NCBI GenBank assembly: GCA_003614675.1
Contig: ML002361.1
Span: 1 to 38,252, forward strand
Source: Dimargaris cristalligena
Lineage: Eukaryota
DNA length: 38,252 nucleotides
Direction of reading: 5' to 3'
In this document: positions 22,549-33,906 of the stretch, one piece after another
Layout: each line of letters opens with the position of its first letter
Numbering within the stretch: the first letter of the stretch is position 1
Notes under the pieces: model-generated
The model's input: only the letters and a program-made list of their open reading frames with translations
Told to the model about the DNA's origin: nothing
Database searches by the model: none
Program-made: the position numbers and the translations under genes

Positions 22549-23996
22549 ATGCAACTTCGTGGATTCATCTCTTTACTGGGACTCGCGCTCGTTACCTCGG
22601 TTACCAGTCGCCCCTATCCCGGAACCCTAGCATCTGGCACCTTGCATGAACCAAAGGACCTTATCGACCACCGTGGCTCATTACCACTGCTTCCCCAAGA
22701 AGTATTTGACATGATTACTACTAATACATCATGCGGCGACCTTTGGGCATTGGCCCATGCAAGTAAGAATATGTATAATATGGTCATGAACTGTCCCCAA
22801 CTACGGAGGTTCCTTAAGGTGAGTAATACGACTTACACTACTCCACATGCCTAATGTAATCGGTTTCAATATTAGCCTGGATATACTATTGTCATTTAAT
22901 GTAGACTGCTTGATCGGCATGTTTAGTACCCTCTAGCATTCATGTTTATATTTATATGTATCTATTACATCATTGTGATTTACTTTGTTAAATGAAGCTT
23001 GGTCCCCTACTGGATAAGGACCAAGTTGATTTGTCAGTAGTCAAACAATTCCTTCCAGTGCAGCTGGAGAGCGCGTTAATCAAGAGTGCTTGGAAGTGGG
23101 ATTACGTCGACGTACAGCACGCACTGTCATTTTTCAACGAAAATCAAACAGCAGTTAACGAACAATTCGCGGCGGATGCGTCGTCGTTGCTGAAAAAGGA
23201 ACGACTTGTCACGATAGAATCGGAGTGGGATTACATCAACTACACCCTAATGACCGAATCGCAGCTCAAGGCCGTCTTCCCGCTTCTCCGTATAATACCC
23301 CACATGCCTGCCGATATCATCGCCCAAGTTTATAAAACCTTAATTGACAGTACCCTGAATCCCGCGAAAGTCACCGAGGGCTTCGATATTTGTCAGGACC
23401 AGCAGTCGTCCTCGATTCAGGGTGGATTCCGTAAACAGCGCTGTAATAACTTCCAGCCCATCCTGGTCGAGGAACTGCTGGTCAGTATCAGCGCGGTTCT
23501 CGCAGTCACCAACCAAATCGCCACGCTAAAGGAACTGGGGGTTAAGCTGAATGACTTGCGCGATCCTATCCAGCGCCCACTGCACGGGTACATTGCCCTG
23601 CTGGTTTTGGAATACGGCGGAGCGGAGCACCAAGGGTGGGCCTTCGCCCAGGTGATTCAACGGAGTGTCACTAAGGGCATTGCTGAACTGTTTGGCTTCC
23701 AAAATGCCATCCGATTGCTTCCAGATGAAGACAACACCTCCAACTTGGAACGCATGACCGCCTACCGCCGTTTGAGTGCCGATGCGTATGTCTATGCCCA
23801 CCGTTCCCCCCGCCACGCCCCCGCGCTGGCCATTCGGGTTCGGCGGCTATCGGTTGACAGGCTACTCCATGGAGCCGGTCTATCTGCGCCCGATTCCATT
23901 TGGCTCCCCCGTACCAATGTTAGCCAACTTTTGCAGCCTGTGGATATGATCGTCTCGGACTGGTTGATCCCGCAGGCCAACCCGCAATTCGCTTAG
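22549..23996 (+). CDS. Secreted protein with an N-terminal F-box-like motif, 2 exons (22549-22818, ~22998-23996), ~422 aa
   Basis: Signal peptide MQLRGFISLLGLALVTSVTS|RP. LPLLPQEVFDMITTNTSCGDLWALAHASKNMYNMV (22681-22785) matches the F-box pattern LxxLPxEIxxxI...DLxxLxxVSKxWxxL. GTGAGT donor at 22819 and in-frame AG at 22996-22997. Confidence 0.75.
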
Positions 23997-24821
23997 GGCT
24001 TTCCAACTGAACATCTCCCCTTGTTCGGCCGGAACTCCCCTACCACGGATGTCCCTGATTCTCGATCTAACGACGGGTGCTTTAATGATACGACTTTTTA
24101 ACATCGAACTAATCTAATTTAGCGAGCTTAACGATGCCGATTCTCGTCATTGAGCCACGTATAGACAAATGTATATGGTGTGAAATTAGCCAGTCGATTT
24201 AGTGAAGTGCAGTGGCATTTTGATACGATTCACGCATTCCTACGATTCCCCAGTTGGGGCCAAGGCGGCCTGCCGAATGCCAATGTAAGATGGGGTGGTC
24301 AAAATAAAAAACATACCTCATTGATTGAAAATTTTGGATAAGCCATCAGGCTGGCGTCTGGATAATGAAAGGAAAATCCAATAGACCGGGAGAATACTAC
24401 CAATCGCCTGGTAGCACTTGGGTGTATGAGTAAAAGGTGCTTTTGGTATTACGCCCACTGTAACACTATAGAGATGTAAATAAAAACAACCCTAGCGGAA
24501 TTGCCCCTTTATCCTATATAGTCGGCAACTCTAGCTGCAAAGACGCTGTACTGGGTTTGTGACCAGCCGTCAGTTTTTCAAGTAAAAACTCCGCACACCG
24601 CGCTGGTTGGCCATACACCGCGCCTTGCCTTTCTTTTCCTCTACGCACTGCCGACCCGGGCTATTTAGTCGAATATAGCGCCCATCTCGTATTATTATAG
24701 ACTCTGCCGATCTCCAATACAACCGAAAACGACTATTCGTTAGCCTTCATTCTCTTACGGCTATCCACTACTTCTTGCTTCTCTTACTAGCCCACGCTTT
24801 TCCTTTACTCCCATCCCCGTG

Positions 24822-26084
24822 ATGCTATCGCTTGACCTTCTAGGGTCGTTACAGGCGTGGGCAGCTTCCCACTACCATGAGAGTACTTACGGGCAACTCG
24901 CCCTTTTCACACTGGCCCTAGTAGGCCTAGCTACCCTCACCCGCCACTGGCTCGTCCCCGTGCCAGCCAAAACCCCCGCCGCACTCCACCTTGTGCCGTC
25001 GTCGTCGACGTATCCCCGCCCCCAATACACCCAGGCCCGCCGCATTCCGTTTTACGCGTTCCTATCCGATTTTCTGGCCAATCGCATTGAGATCAAGCAG
25101 CGGGATGGACAGGGTCTGGGGGCCTTGCCCGACTACCTAAGCTTTCCCTTCACGGTGCGAACGGCTTGGACCCTGGTGGTCCGCCTACTCCCGGGGTGGC
25201 TATGGCACGCTAAAGCAAGTGACCGGAAGAATTGGTGCCGTTTCCATGAGCACCGCGATGATCTGTTCGAGGCACTGCTGGGCCGCCAACGGATTGGGTT
25301 TATGCACCGGTTTTCGGACCACGATGAGTCGCTGGACAACGCCGGGGAAAACGACCTACCCCGTATCGCCCAGGAAATGCTCCACATCAACGCCGACGAT
25401 CGGCTCCTCAACCTCAGCACCGGATGGGGTACCCTGGAACTGTACTTGGGGTCCCAGTTTCCCCTGTTTATCACCACCGTATCACCAAGCCAAGAGCAGG
25501 CCCAGCATGCCTATGATTTGATGGAACGGGCGGGCATATCCGAACGCGTGCAAATCGAGACCTGTGACTTCCGCGATCTCCCCCCTCAGGAGCAGTTTAC
25601 CAAACTAGTTTGTCTGGAGGCCCTGGATTGGGTGGGCCAAAAGAATTTGGGCGATTTTTTCCAGCGCTGTGCCGATGTCTTGGTCCCTGGCGGCACGGCC
25701 TTGATTTACTGCACCACCTCGCCGTCCGCGTTCACGGGTAGCTGGTCCCAGTACCTGGGCGAAACCCTGCACTACCACCTGTATACGCTGACCACCATCT
25801 GCCCCGGTCGCGATACGGCCCTGTTCGCCACGTTGAATGACTACCTCGACGAGATCCACCGAGCGGGCTTGGAGGTCGACCTTATCGAAAATATTTCCCT
25901 GGACGCGTCGATGACTTACGCCCGGTGGTTCGAAAACTGGGATCAGGCCCGGCATATTATCCATATGCGGTACGGCGAGGACGTGTACCGCCAATGGGAA
26001 CTCTACCTGGCCTGGTCTAGCTCCATTCTGCTGCGCGGTGGGCTGAGCAAGCACTCCCTGCTGCTACGCAAGCCCATCCGGTAA
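24822..26084 (+). CDS. Divergent sphingolipid C9-methyltransferase / cyclopropane-synthase (CMAS) family protein, 420 aa, intronless
   Basis: N-terminal TM, then RRIPF, SFPFT, ESLD, RLLNLSTGWGTL, CDFRDLP, FTKLVCLEA, YRQWELYLAWS: the layout of fungal C9-methyltransferases, but with altered SAM-binding and catalytic motifs. Confidence 0.8.
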   Translation: MLSLDLLGSLQAWAASHYHESTYGQLALFTLALVGLATLTRHWLVPVPAKTPAALHLVPSSSTYPRPQYTQARRIPFYAFLSDFLANRIEIKQRDGQGLGALPDYLSFPFTVRTAWTLVVRLLPGWLWHAKASDRKNWCRFHEHRDDLFEALLGRQRIGFMHRFSDHDESLDNAGENDLPRIAQEMLHINADDRLLNLSTGWGTLELYLGSQFPLFITTVSPSQEQAQHAYDLMERAGISERVQIETCDFRDLPPQEQFTKLVCLEALDWVGQKNLGDFFQRCADVLVPGGTALIYCTTSPSAFTGSWSQYLGETLHYHLYTLTTICPGRDTALFATLNDYLDEIHRAGLEVDLIENISLDASMTYARWFENWDQARHIIHMRYGEDVYRQWELYLAWSSSILLRGGLSKHSLLLRKPIR

Positions 26085-26805
26085 CGCTCGGATAGCCTAG
26101 ATGGTTATATTCGAAGTGCCCAATCGGTTCATATAATGTAAAACATGTTTTAACGTAATTTCTATCAAATTTTGGAAGCTGTCCATTTGCCTATTCGTAT
26201 AATCTAACCAGTCTGGGGTCTTTTAAGAAAGTATGCTTAGTGCCCAAGTCCAGCCCTCCCGTTTCCCCAATGTTATTCCTACAGCTATTTTTTTCCGGGT
26301 TCTCTATTCATATTGGCCAGGGTTTAGTTTATTATCTAGTAAAACGTACTTTGGCTTATAGGGTGATACACCGCTATGGTTTGAAAGCTCATCGAGTTTG
26401 GCGTGGTTGAGTACAATGTGACTGTCCAATACTGTCTTCTAGATCTAAGCTGGTCGCTGGTTGTAATATGCAGTGGGCCACATGCCACGGGGGAGGGAGG
26501 TGTAAGTAGTGTAGGACCCTCCCTCCCTGTCAGCAACACTGAGTGAGTCACAAGGGCCACAACCCAGTTCCCCATCGCCAAGGGTAATTCGCAGTAATGA
26601 CCCCCGGAGAGAGTGTCAATACTTATTATTATCACATCGACTACTACTAGGCTGGGCTTCTGTTCAAAACTCTATTACTTTCGTCGATCGATTCTCCCAT
26701 TGTGAATTCCTTTCCATACGACTTTCGTGAATTATAGTTGTTTGGGACCTAGAGACGTATCTAATACACCCACCTTAAAATCCCCTGTCGCCAGCATCCT
26801 ATCGC

Positions 26806-28197
26806 ATGTCTACTCCCGCCGCATCCCTCTCAGCCGCCAAGAAGCAGCTCCGGCAAGAGCTGCGAAAGAAATTGGCGACAATAGGCCCCTCGGCCATTGA
26901 GGCCCAGTCCGTGGTGGTAACCAGACAAGTGCTAGCCCTGCCCCAATACAGCCAAGCCCGGCGGGTCTGTGTGTACCTCCACATGAGTAAAGAGGTGACC
27001 ACCAACGGAATAGTGGAAGCCATTTTCCGAGACGGTAAGTCCCTAATTGGATTGCAATTGTAACATGGGCCTCAGTTATCCCATGGATTTCCCAGCTCGT
27101 TTCCGCTGCTATACTTGTATTTTTAATCGCCGACGGTTGAACATTTCCTCCGTACCTTCATTATCCCCTCCTTGTAGATAAACAGTGCTTTGTGCCTCGG
27201 TGCACGCCGTCCACCATGGACATGGTCAGGATCCGAAATATGGAAGACTTCCTTCGTCTCCCCAAAAACAATTGGGGTATTCCCGAGCCGCCTTTATCCG
27301 AGAACCGTACCGATGGTAAGGCCCCGTCCTTTAACTTACAAAATACTGTTGGTCTAAAATGGCCTCGCAATTGCACCGAATATACCCAGCTCTATTATTG
27401 CTGGCTATGCACCTCCACAGTTACATTGTAAAATATGCTATGCAGAACTCTTGGCCATCTAATCACCCCATATAACGTGCCACGTCTTTTATTTGCTCAA
27501 CTAGTGTTTGACCTCGGTGGCCCTGATCTCATTATAATGCCAGGTAGGATAATTTATTAACCCTGGTAATTAGTGGTATCCTTAACCGGCCATTCTGTAT
27601 TCTTGCCATACGTCTAGAGTCGACTAGCAGATATAAGGGGCAAATCCACTCCTAGCAAACTACACGCTGCTAACCCGCCTTATTGCATATACGTATTTTT
27701 ATATTGGCTAGGCCTGGCCTTCGACCAAAAGAAAACCCGTCTAGGTCACGGAAAAGGGTAAATACTCATTTTTTTAACGCAACTAGGCTCTTGGGCTTCA
27801 CTTTGGAGTATCCTAACACATTGGTTAATTACTCATCAATTATTCTCTCGGCAACTTGTCAATATCGGTGCATATACTCCCGGTGATTAGCTACTACGAT
27901 AAATACCTCAAGAAATGTCGCGAATTCGCAGCTCAGCGGAACCAACCCCCGCCCGCTCTCGGTAAGAATGTCGTTTAATATTTCAACTCTCCGAACTTGC
28001 CTTCTCTTAGATACACGGTATTGAATAGTTGACAATGGCCAAAAAACTTATCGAACAGCTATATGTCAATGTATACATTCATTCCCAATCTAACAGTGGC
28101 ACTTGCCTTACAGGAGCAGATATTGGATGAAGATCTGCCACATAACGAGTTGGACGAAAAGCCCGATGTACTTGTGACACCCGATCATGTTTGGTAA
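26806..28197 (+). CDS. FAU1: 5-formyltetrahydrofolate cyclo-ligase, 6 exons (26806-27034, 27178-27315, 27505-27543, 27712-27757, 27891-27961, 28097-28197), 207 aa
   Basis: KKQLRQELR, VYLHMSKEV, CFVPR, WGIPEP, DLIIMPGLAFD, RLGHGKGYYDKY and EQI...LPHNELD are reconstituted by five phase-consistent GT-AG introns (624 nt). Confidence 0.95.
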
Positions 28198-29029
28198 AAG
28201 CGTCCCGTGTTCTCAAAAACTACTGCATTTTTAATACCTTCACACTTTTCATCGAATGGCGCGCCTTTCGAAGATGAAATCCCAAACTAACCGAAAAACA
28301 GTGACAGCTTATCTGAGAGAATATATTACCGGTACTATCGTATCACCTGAATAAATTTAGTTATAGATGTTAGAATCTATACCATTAATGCCGCTTCAAA
28401 AAAATATTATTATTTTTTTGCCGAAATGATATAACGTGTAATTGAACCGTGACGGGTTTTGCCTGTGTCGCGACGAGTAGGGGGCTAGTAATTTATATAT
28501 ATTTATATATATATATCTAAACTTAGAAAAGGCTGTGCCCCTGGTTGTAGTTACGCAGGGACGCGCCATTTTGGCTGCTATTCCAGGACGTAATATAATT
28601 ATGACGCCCATTGGTAAGCTTAGCTCTGAGGCATTTCAACTAATATTGGTAGATCCTCGGCAGTGAATACGCGAGACGTTCCCATGAGAAAATACACTAA
28701 TTGGAAGGAAAAGGGTTAGATCAGCCCAATGCATTACTGCGCTATCATCCAACTATACGCAATTAAACGTGGCCTCCGAAGTAGTATTGGGTTGAAGGCA
28801 CATAGAGTATATAATACATTAACTTTTACCATTCGCATCGACAATAATGGTTAGGCTGGTTTCTGAAACAGCCATTAATGGCGGCACCCCTGGCTAAATC
28901 AAGCAATATTATATGTAGATACACACGGCCACTGTCCTAGATGTAATATTCCCCTACGTAATTATAATTTACGAACTTTACATCTATCGATACCGATAAT
29001 TAATTAAATCGTATCTGCCGCGTCTCAAA

Positions 29030-29320
29030 ACAAAGGACAAAGGGGGCAGTCATTAAAGGATCGCCCTTTGTCCAGAAACCAATATGCCAATAATATGCAC
29101 GATAGTCTCCAAAAGGTTGAGTGCGAAGGACGCTCAGTGCTTATGGATAGAGAAAGTCGGAAAACGTAGGAACGAGGCTACTAATATAACCCATTCGACA
29201 CCTCCCACTATCCACGTTCCAATTCTATACTACCGCAGATGGATTGCAGCTGGAATGCATTTATTGACAGTGTAAAATGAACAATATCCCTTCCAACTAG
29301 CCTTTACGAACAAAAAAAAT
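29030..29320 (+). mobile_element. Possible decayed Ty3/Gypsy RT-RNase H connection fragment
   Basis: YYRRWI (29228-29245)...HLLTV*...FQLAFTNKK in one frame, against Gypsy YYRRFI...LLxK...QxAFxxLK; weak KxKDKGGS upstream. Confidence 0.3.
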
Positions 29321-29499
29321 AGGCATTAATCGCTTCCCCTTAGTCGGAGGATAAAATCCTACCTAAGGGTGAAGGCGAGTTATTGTCGATTACCAATTCA
29401 AGAATGACAAGTCGAGTGGACGAAGAGGGTGGCCACTAGAGGCGATTTTAGGAATTATTTCTACCTGTATCTAGCACAAACTAAATTTCTCTCACATGT

Positions 29500-29596
29500 G
29501 CCCCAGTAGCCTAGTGGTTAAGGCGCCGTGCTTATAGGGACTTTAACCTATACCTAAGCTACGCGGAGATCGCGAGTTCGACCCTCGCCTGGGGCA
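29500..29596 (+). tRNA. tRNA-Ile(UAU) with a 24-nt intron (29537-29560)
   Basis: Acceptor GCCCCAG/CTGGGGC, D arm GCCT/AGGC, anticodon stem CCGTG/CGCGG with TAT at 29533-29535, intron at 37/38, T arm GCGAG-TTCGACC-CTCGC, discriminator A. Confidence 0.95.
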
Positions 29597-29600
29597 TCAA

Positions 29601-29610
29601 TTTTTTTTTT
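29601..29610 (+). terminator. RNA polymerase III terminator (T10)
   Basis: Oligo-dT beginning 4 nt after tRNA-Ile. Confidence 0.85.
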
Positions 29611-29699
29611 GGATGACAATCCTTTTTACTTTCAGTGAAGGTATAGCTCAAGTTAGTGGTCAAGAAAATGGGGTTATGGGTCTAAAACTTACTAAGTAA

Positions 29700-30660
29700 T
29701 CGATTCTTTTGTCGCCAATGTGAAATAGTGAAGCACGCAATTATATCAACACATGGTAATGAATTTTAAGAGATGTCTTGGGAATCCCATGAGATCTTGT
29801 AAAGGAATGCGAAAATCTCCAACGAAGGTCGTGCGTGAGAGTTGTTTGTTAGAAAAATGAAGAGCAAAATATGGACAGCGTTACTTTAGTGGATGAAACT
29901 TTACAATACAAGTGAAGACTATTGAAATCGGAGGGAAACTTAATGGATAACGGGAGATAGGTGTCAACTCAATATGGGTTTCAAGATATCGATTGATACT
30001 GGCTGTTCAGCTTAATCGCGACTGGTAAAAAACTATTTTTTTAAAATTACAGGCTTGCCTTTTTCAATCATATTATATATTTTTTTTGAAAAATTGAACA
30101 GGCTGTTTCCCTTGCCAAGTAACTTTGCCTCTTCGCGCTATCTTGTTTAGAGTATTTTTTATATATATTTATTTTCACATTGCAGCGTTCCATTTTTTTT
30201 TTACTGTGGAGTACTGGCTATCTCTATTGGTGTCAGCCGATGCTGTGTGCTCTCTGAATAGACCAATCCGCGGTCTGATTTGAGCCCCTCTAGAAAAATT
30301 TGTACACACCCTACTATGGTTAAAGTGTAGATAAGATCTATTGTGGTTTTTTAACCAATGGTGTTTAGTTGATTGATATCGTGGAAAGAGAGGGAAAGGG
30401 CGAAATCAAGTATTTCATGGGTTCGGTGGCTAAAGTGACGGTTTGGTATTAACCCTTATGGGAACTGTTATATGGTGACTATGCAAGCTCGGCGCCCTGC
30501 ACGCCTCATTTAGCTCTTTTAGAGGCTTAATTTATATTAGAATACCAACATTTAACTGTTTAGTCGTGGCGTACGCATTCATTGCTTATCCAAGGTATGG
30601 GCTTCCAATGATGCGGCCAACGTGTTCTATCAATTGGGTGATGCTGGTTGCTGTTGTGAT
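29700..30660 (+). mobile_element. Decayed, internally deleted Ty1/Copia-like element (gag knuckle, protease, RT, RNase H traces)
   Basis: CRQCEIVKH (29710-29736, CX2CX4H), IDTGCS (29992-30009), SVDKI...GEIKYFMG (30324-30422), GLIYI...VAYA(fs)IHCLSK (30524-30594), GDAG (30637). Same strand and Copia domain order. The gag/protease part could belong to a different element. Confidence 0.45.
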
Positions 30661-30884
30661 ATAATTGGAAAACAATCCTATGCGAACGGCCGAAAAAATA
30701 ATTGTTTAATGGGTATTTAGCTTCAGACATTTTAATTAAAGTTAGTAAGGGAAACTGGTCAATATATTTTGTAAGGCGTTAGAAAGGCTGGCATCGACTG
30801 GATCAACCCCCTTGAGGAAAATGGAAAGTTGGAGTATGGGTGACTTTACTGTTCTATATCACAGTAACCTGACTTATTCAATGT

Positions 30885-31470
30885 ATCCACTTGGATGCAT
30901 CAGATATATCTTTAGTCAGCGGATAGACCCTGGTTCACTCGGCTGAGCCAGCCACTGAATCAAGTCGGGGTGACAGGGGCCCGGAACTTAGCATTGATCT
31001 GAGAATTTAATACTTGCGCCTAAACTAATGTGTAGCATAGGCTAGGTTTTCCTATACAGGGGAGAAAGGGAGGTGTTTCTTATTCCGGCATGGCCCACCA
31101 ACATGTTATGGTTGAATCCACTGGATAGTCCCAGTATAATTCGAAAGAAGGTCGGAGGAAACTGAGTTGGTATATCGTGTAAGTTCGTGAAGGTCCAGGG
31201 GGCCGCCGTCAAACCAAAGTAGAACCACTAAAGCCCCGGTCGGACCCCTAGGTCAACCCGTTGCCAAGCATTACCTACGTCGGGACGCCATTTTACCTGA
31301 CCGCTTTTGTTACCGAGACTTCCCCCCACTCGAACTCCTGATTTTGGTAAACAAGGGACCTGCCCCCTCCTTAACCTCGGCAGTTAATCCGAGTACGACA
31401 CTTCTATCCGGTCTAGGGATACATTCTTCGAATTCCTCGAGGAGTTCCAGGGGGGAGGTGCGGCGGAAAT
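30885..31470 (-). mobile_element. Decayed Ty3/Gypsy pol fragment (RT, RNase H trace)
   Basis: LELLEEFEECIP, VKEGAGPLF, VKW..DVGNAWQRV (31281), GL*W..FGLTAAPWTF (31218-31189), RYTNSVSSDLL (31177-31145), SDASKW (30904-30887), against LLxEFxDVF, AKWFSxLDLxxAY, MPFGLTNAPATF, RxMNxVLxDLL, TDAS. Confidence 0.6.
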
Positions 31471-31953
31471 CAAGCCCTCCTGTACGTATATCATTATAAT
31501 TTGTAGACATTTGCATCCTTGAACTCCTGTAGAATCCACTTATCCGTCAGCTACGGGACATGTATCACGCCAGATTATGAATACCGCCAGTTGATTGACT
31601 AAATCATACATATACTTTATGGTATTCCGCTTAGGCTCCATTTTAATATAAATACCCATCGACTCCCGGATGTTTCTGCCAAATTACACCTCTCGGATTT
31701 GCGACCACATTAAGTGCAACCTTCCACTCAGATACTACCTTTTGCCATTTCATATACAATTTTTTCCATTTATAGTTCCGTAAGTTGCCCATTTAAATCG
31801 ATCATTGCTTGGGAGGCCCCGCTGAGTTCTATCGTCGTATTGGCCCCAATATATATATACACTATCCTGTGTGTAGCGACTACCTGTACTTACCCATTGT
31901 ATCTGCCTATCCATAATACCTATTGGTTGACAACAGTCATTAATTAAGCGACC

Positions 31954-33906
31954 ATGCTGCGCAATCTCTGCACGGGCCTATGCCTAGGGCTCGCCCTGTC
32001 CCCTTGGGGTGGATCTCTTGTTTCAGCCGCCTTTGACGCCAGCTGTAACTCCAACCTCGTCAATTACTGGGGCCAAAATTCTTACGGAGCGGCTAACCCC
32101 AGTGATTCCCAAAACTGGGAGAAACCCCTCGCCGATTACTGCCGCGACGATACCACGGACGTTCTAGTGCTCTCCTTCCTGCACATTTTCAATTCGGGCA
32201 CCGATCGTTTGCCCGGCACCAACTTCGCCAACCACTGCGACGTGACCTTCCCCGGTACGGATCTTTTGTATTGCCCCGACATTGGTAAAGACGTTAGCTA
32301 TTGTCAGTCCCGCGGCAAGAAGGTCCTGCTCTCGCTGGGTGGCGCGGCCGGTTCTTACGGGTTTGCTAATGATGCTGACGCGGTTAAATTCGCGAGCACT
32401 ATTTGGAACCTGTTCCTCGGCGGTTCGTCCGATACCCGCCCCTTCGGGTCCGTCCAACTGGATGGTATTGATTTGGATATTGAAGGCGGGTCAAGTACCG
32501 GCTACGCCGCCTTCGTCAAGGCCCTGCGCAACATGTACAGTAAGGCGTCCGACGGCAAACATTACCTGGTGGCTGCCGCCCCCCAGTGTCCCTACCCCGA
32601 TGCCTACATGGGCCCCCTTCTGAGCTCCAGCTGGGTCGATATGGTGTTTGTGCAATTCTACAACAACTTCTGCGGGGTCAACAACTTCCCCCGCTTCTTC
32701 AACTTTGAGGAGTGGCAGAACTGGGCCGATAAGGTGGCCGTCAATAAAAATGTCAAGGTGTACCTGGGGGTGGCCGGCTCCCCCAGTGCGGCGAGCTTCG
32801 GTTACGTGGGCCCGGACCGCTTGGCGGAAATCATCAACGACAGCCGGCCTAAATATCCAGCGTTCGGCGGAGTCATGATATGGGACGCCTCCCAAAGTTA
32901 TAACAATAAGGTTGGCGGGTCCAGTTTTGCTCAGTCTATCAAAAGCACGCTGCGCAAGGGCCAAAAGTGCGCCAGCGGCACGCTCCCGTCCGATGACACT
33001 TCCTCCACGGAATACCCCGTCGAGACCAAGACCAGTAACGTACCCATTGCTACTACTACCCGCAGTGTTCCCGCGCCCTCAACCACTACCAGTGACAAAC
33101 CCTCAGTGCCGAGTAAGACTAAGAGCGGATCGCCGAGTACTCCCACCGACCCCAGCGACACCTGCGTGGTTGAAGGAAGCCCATGCACGAACGCCAATCA
33201 GTACACCTGCAACGGCTACGACTTTGCCCAGTGTGTCTTTGGCCAATGGGTGATTCGTCACTGCAGCGAGGACCAGACCGTGGCCTGCTTTCCCTTGGGC
33301 AACGGTGGAGTCTACTGTGACCTCCCCCGCGGACGACCCGTTAAGGACTGTCCCAGTGCGGGGTCGGCCGCTGGCCTATTGACCCGTACCGATACTAGTT
33401 CCAACTCCCTCGTCGCGGGCGCCTGGACCCCTCAGAGCACCACGGTGCAGGTACCTAACCGCAATCCCCTGAGCAACATCCCCAAGCTAGATATTAACTT
33501 CCAGCTGGTGGACCAGGTCAGTCGGCGTTACCGGGCGCTCATGACCGTCCGAGTCACCACGGAAACCCCTATTTCCAAGGATTGGTCCATCACGCTTGCC
33601 ATGCCCGCCGGGCAATCCGTGGACTCGGCCCACTATGATGTATCCAAGACCGCCATTTTCCAGCTTACCCAGACCGCTCCCGCGGGTCTCGTGGGTTCCC
33701 CCTCAAAGGCAGCCACTCCCGCCATCAATATTGAATCCGGGGCAACTTTCCAGGCGGGCGGCCCGAGCCAGATCACTATTTCCTCCAGCTGGTCGAACAG
33801 CCAGGCTACGTTCATGGCCCTTTACGTGGCCCTGGAGGGTACCCACAACAGCAGCACCCCCTTCACTTTCCCCGATGCCTCCATGATTTCGTTTACCGCC
33901 AATTAG
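31954..33906 (+). CDS. Secreted GH18 class III (Cts1-like) chitinase with S/T linker, Cys-rich CBM19-like module and a C-terminal beta-rich domain, 650 aa
   Basis: Signal peptide; NYWGQNS, KKVLLSLGGA, intact catalytic DGIDLDIE (32461-32484), AAPQCPYPD, VQFYNN, FGGVMIWDAS; Cys-rich module at ~33160-33320. Confidence 0.95.
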   Translation: MLRNLCTGLCLGLALSPWGGSLVSAAFDASCNSNLVNYWGQNSYGAANPSDSQNWEKPLADYCRDDTTDVLVLSFLHIFNSGTDRLPGTNFANHCDVTFPGTDLLYCPDIGKDVSYCQSRGKKVLLSLGGAAGSYGFANDADAVKFASTIWNLFLGGSSDTRPFGSVQLDGIDLDIEGGSSTGYAAFVKALRNMYSKASDGKHYLVAAAPQCPYPDAYMGPLLSSSWVDMVFVQFYNNFCGVNNFPRFFNFEEWQNWADKVAVNKNVKVYLGVAGSPSAASFGYVGPDRLAEIINDSRPKYPAFGGVMIWDASQSYNNKVGGSSFAQSIKSTLRKGQKCASGTLPSDDTSSTEYPVETKTSNVPIATTTRSVPAPSTTTSDKPSVPSKTKSGSPSTPTDPSDTCVVEGSPCTNANQYTCNGYDFAQCVFGQWVIRHCSEDQTVACFPLGNGGVYCDLPRGRPVKDCPSAGSAAGLLTRTDTSSNSLVAGAWTPQSTTVQVPNRNPLSNIPKLDINFQLVDQVSRRYRALMTVRVTTETPISKDWSITLAMPAGQSVDSAHYDVSKTAIFQLTQTAPAGLVGSPSKAATPAINIESGATFQAGGPSQITISSSWSNSQATFMALYVALEGTHNSSTPFTFPDASMISFTAN

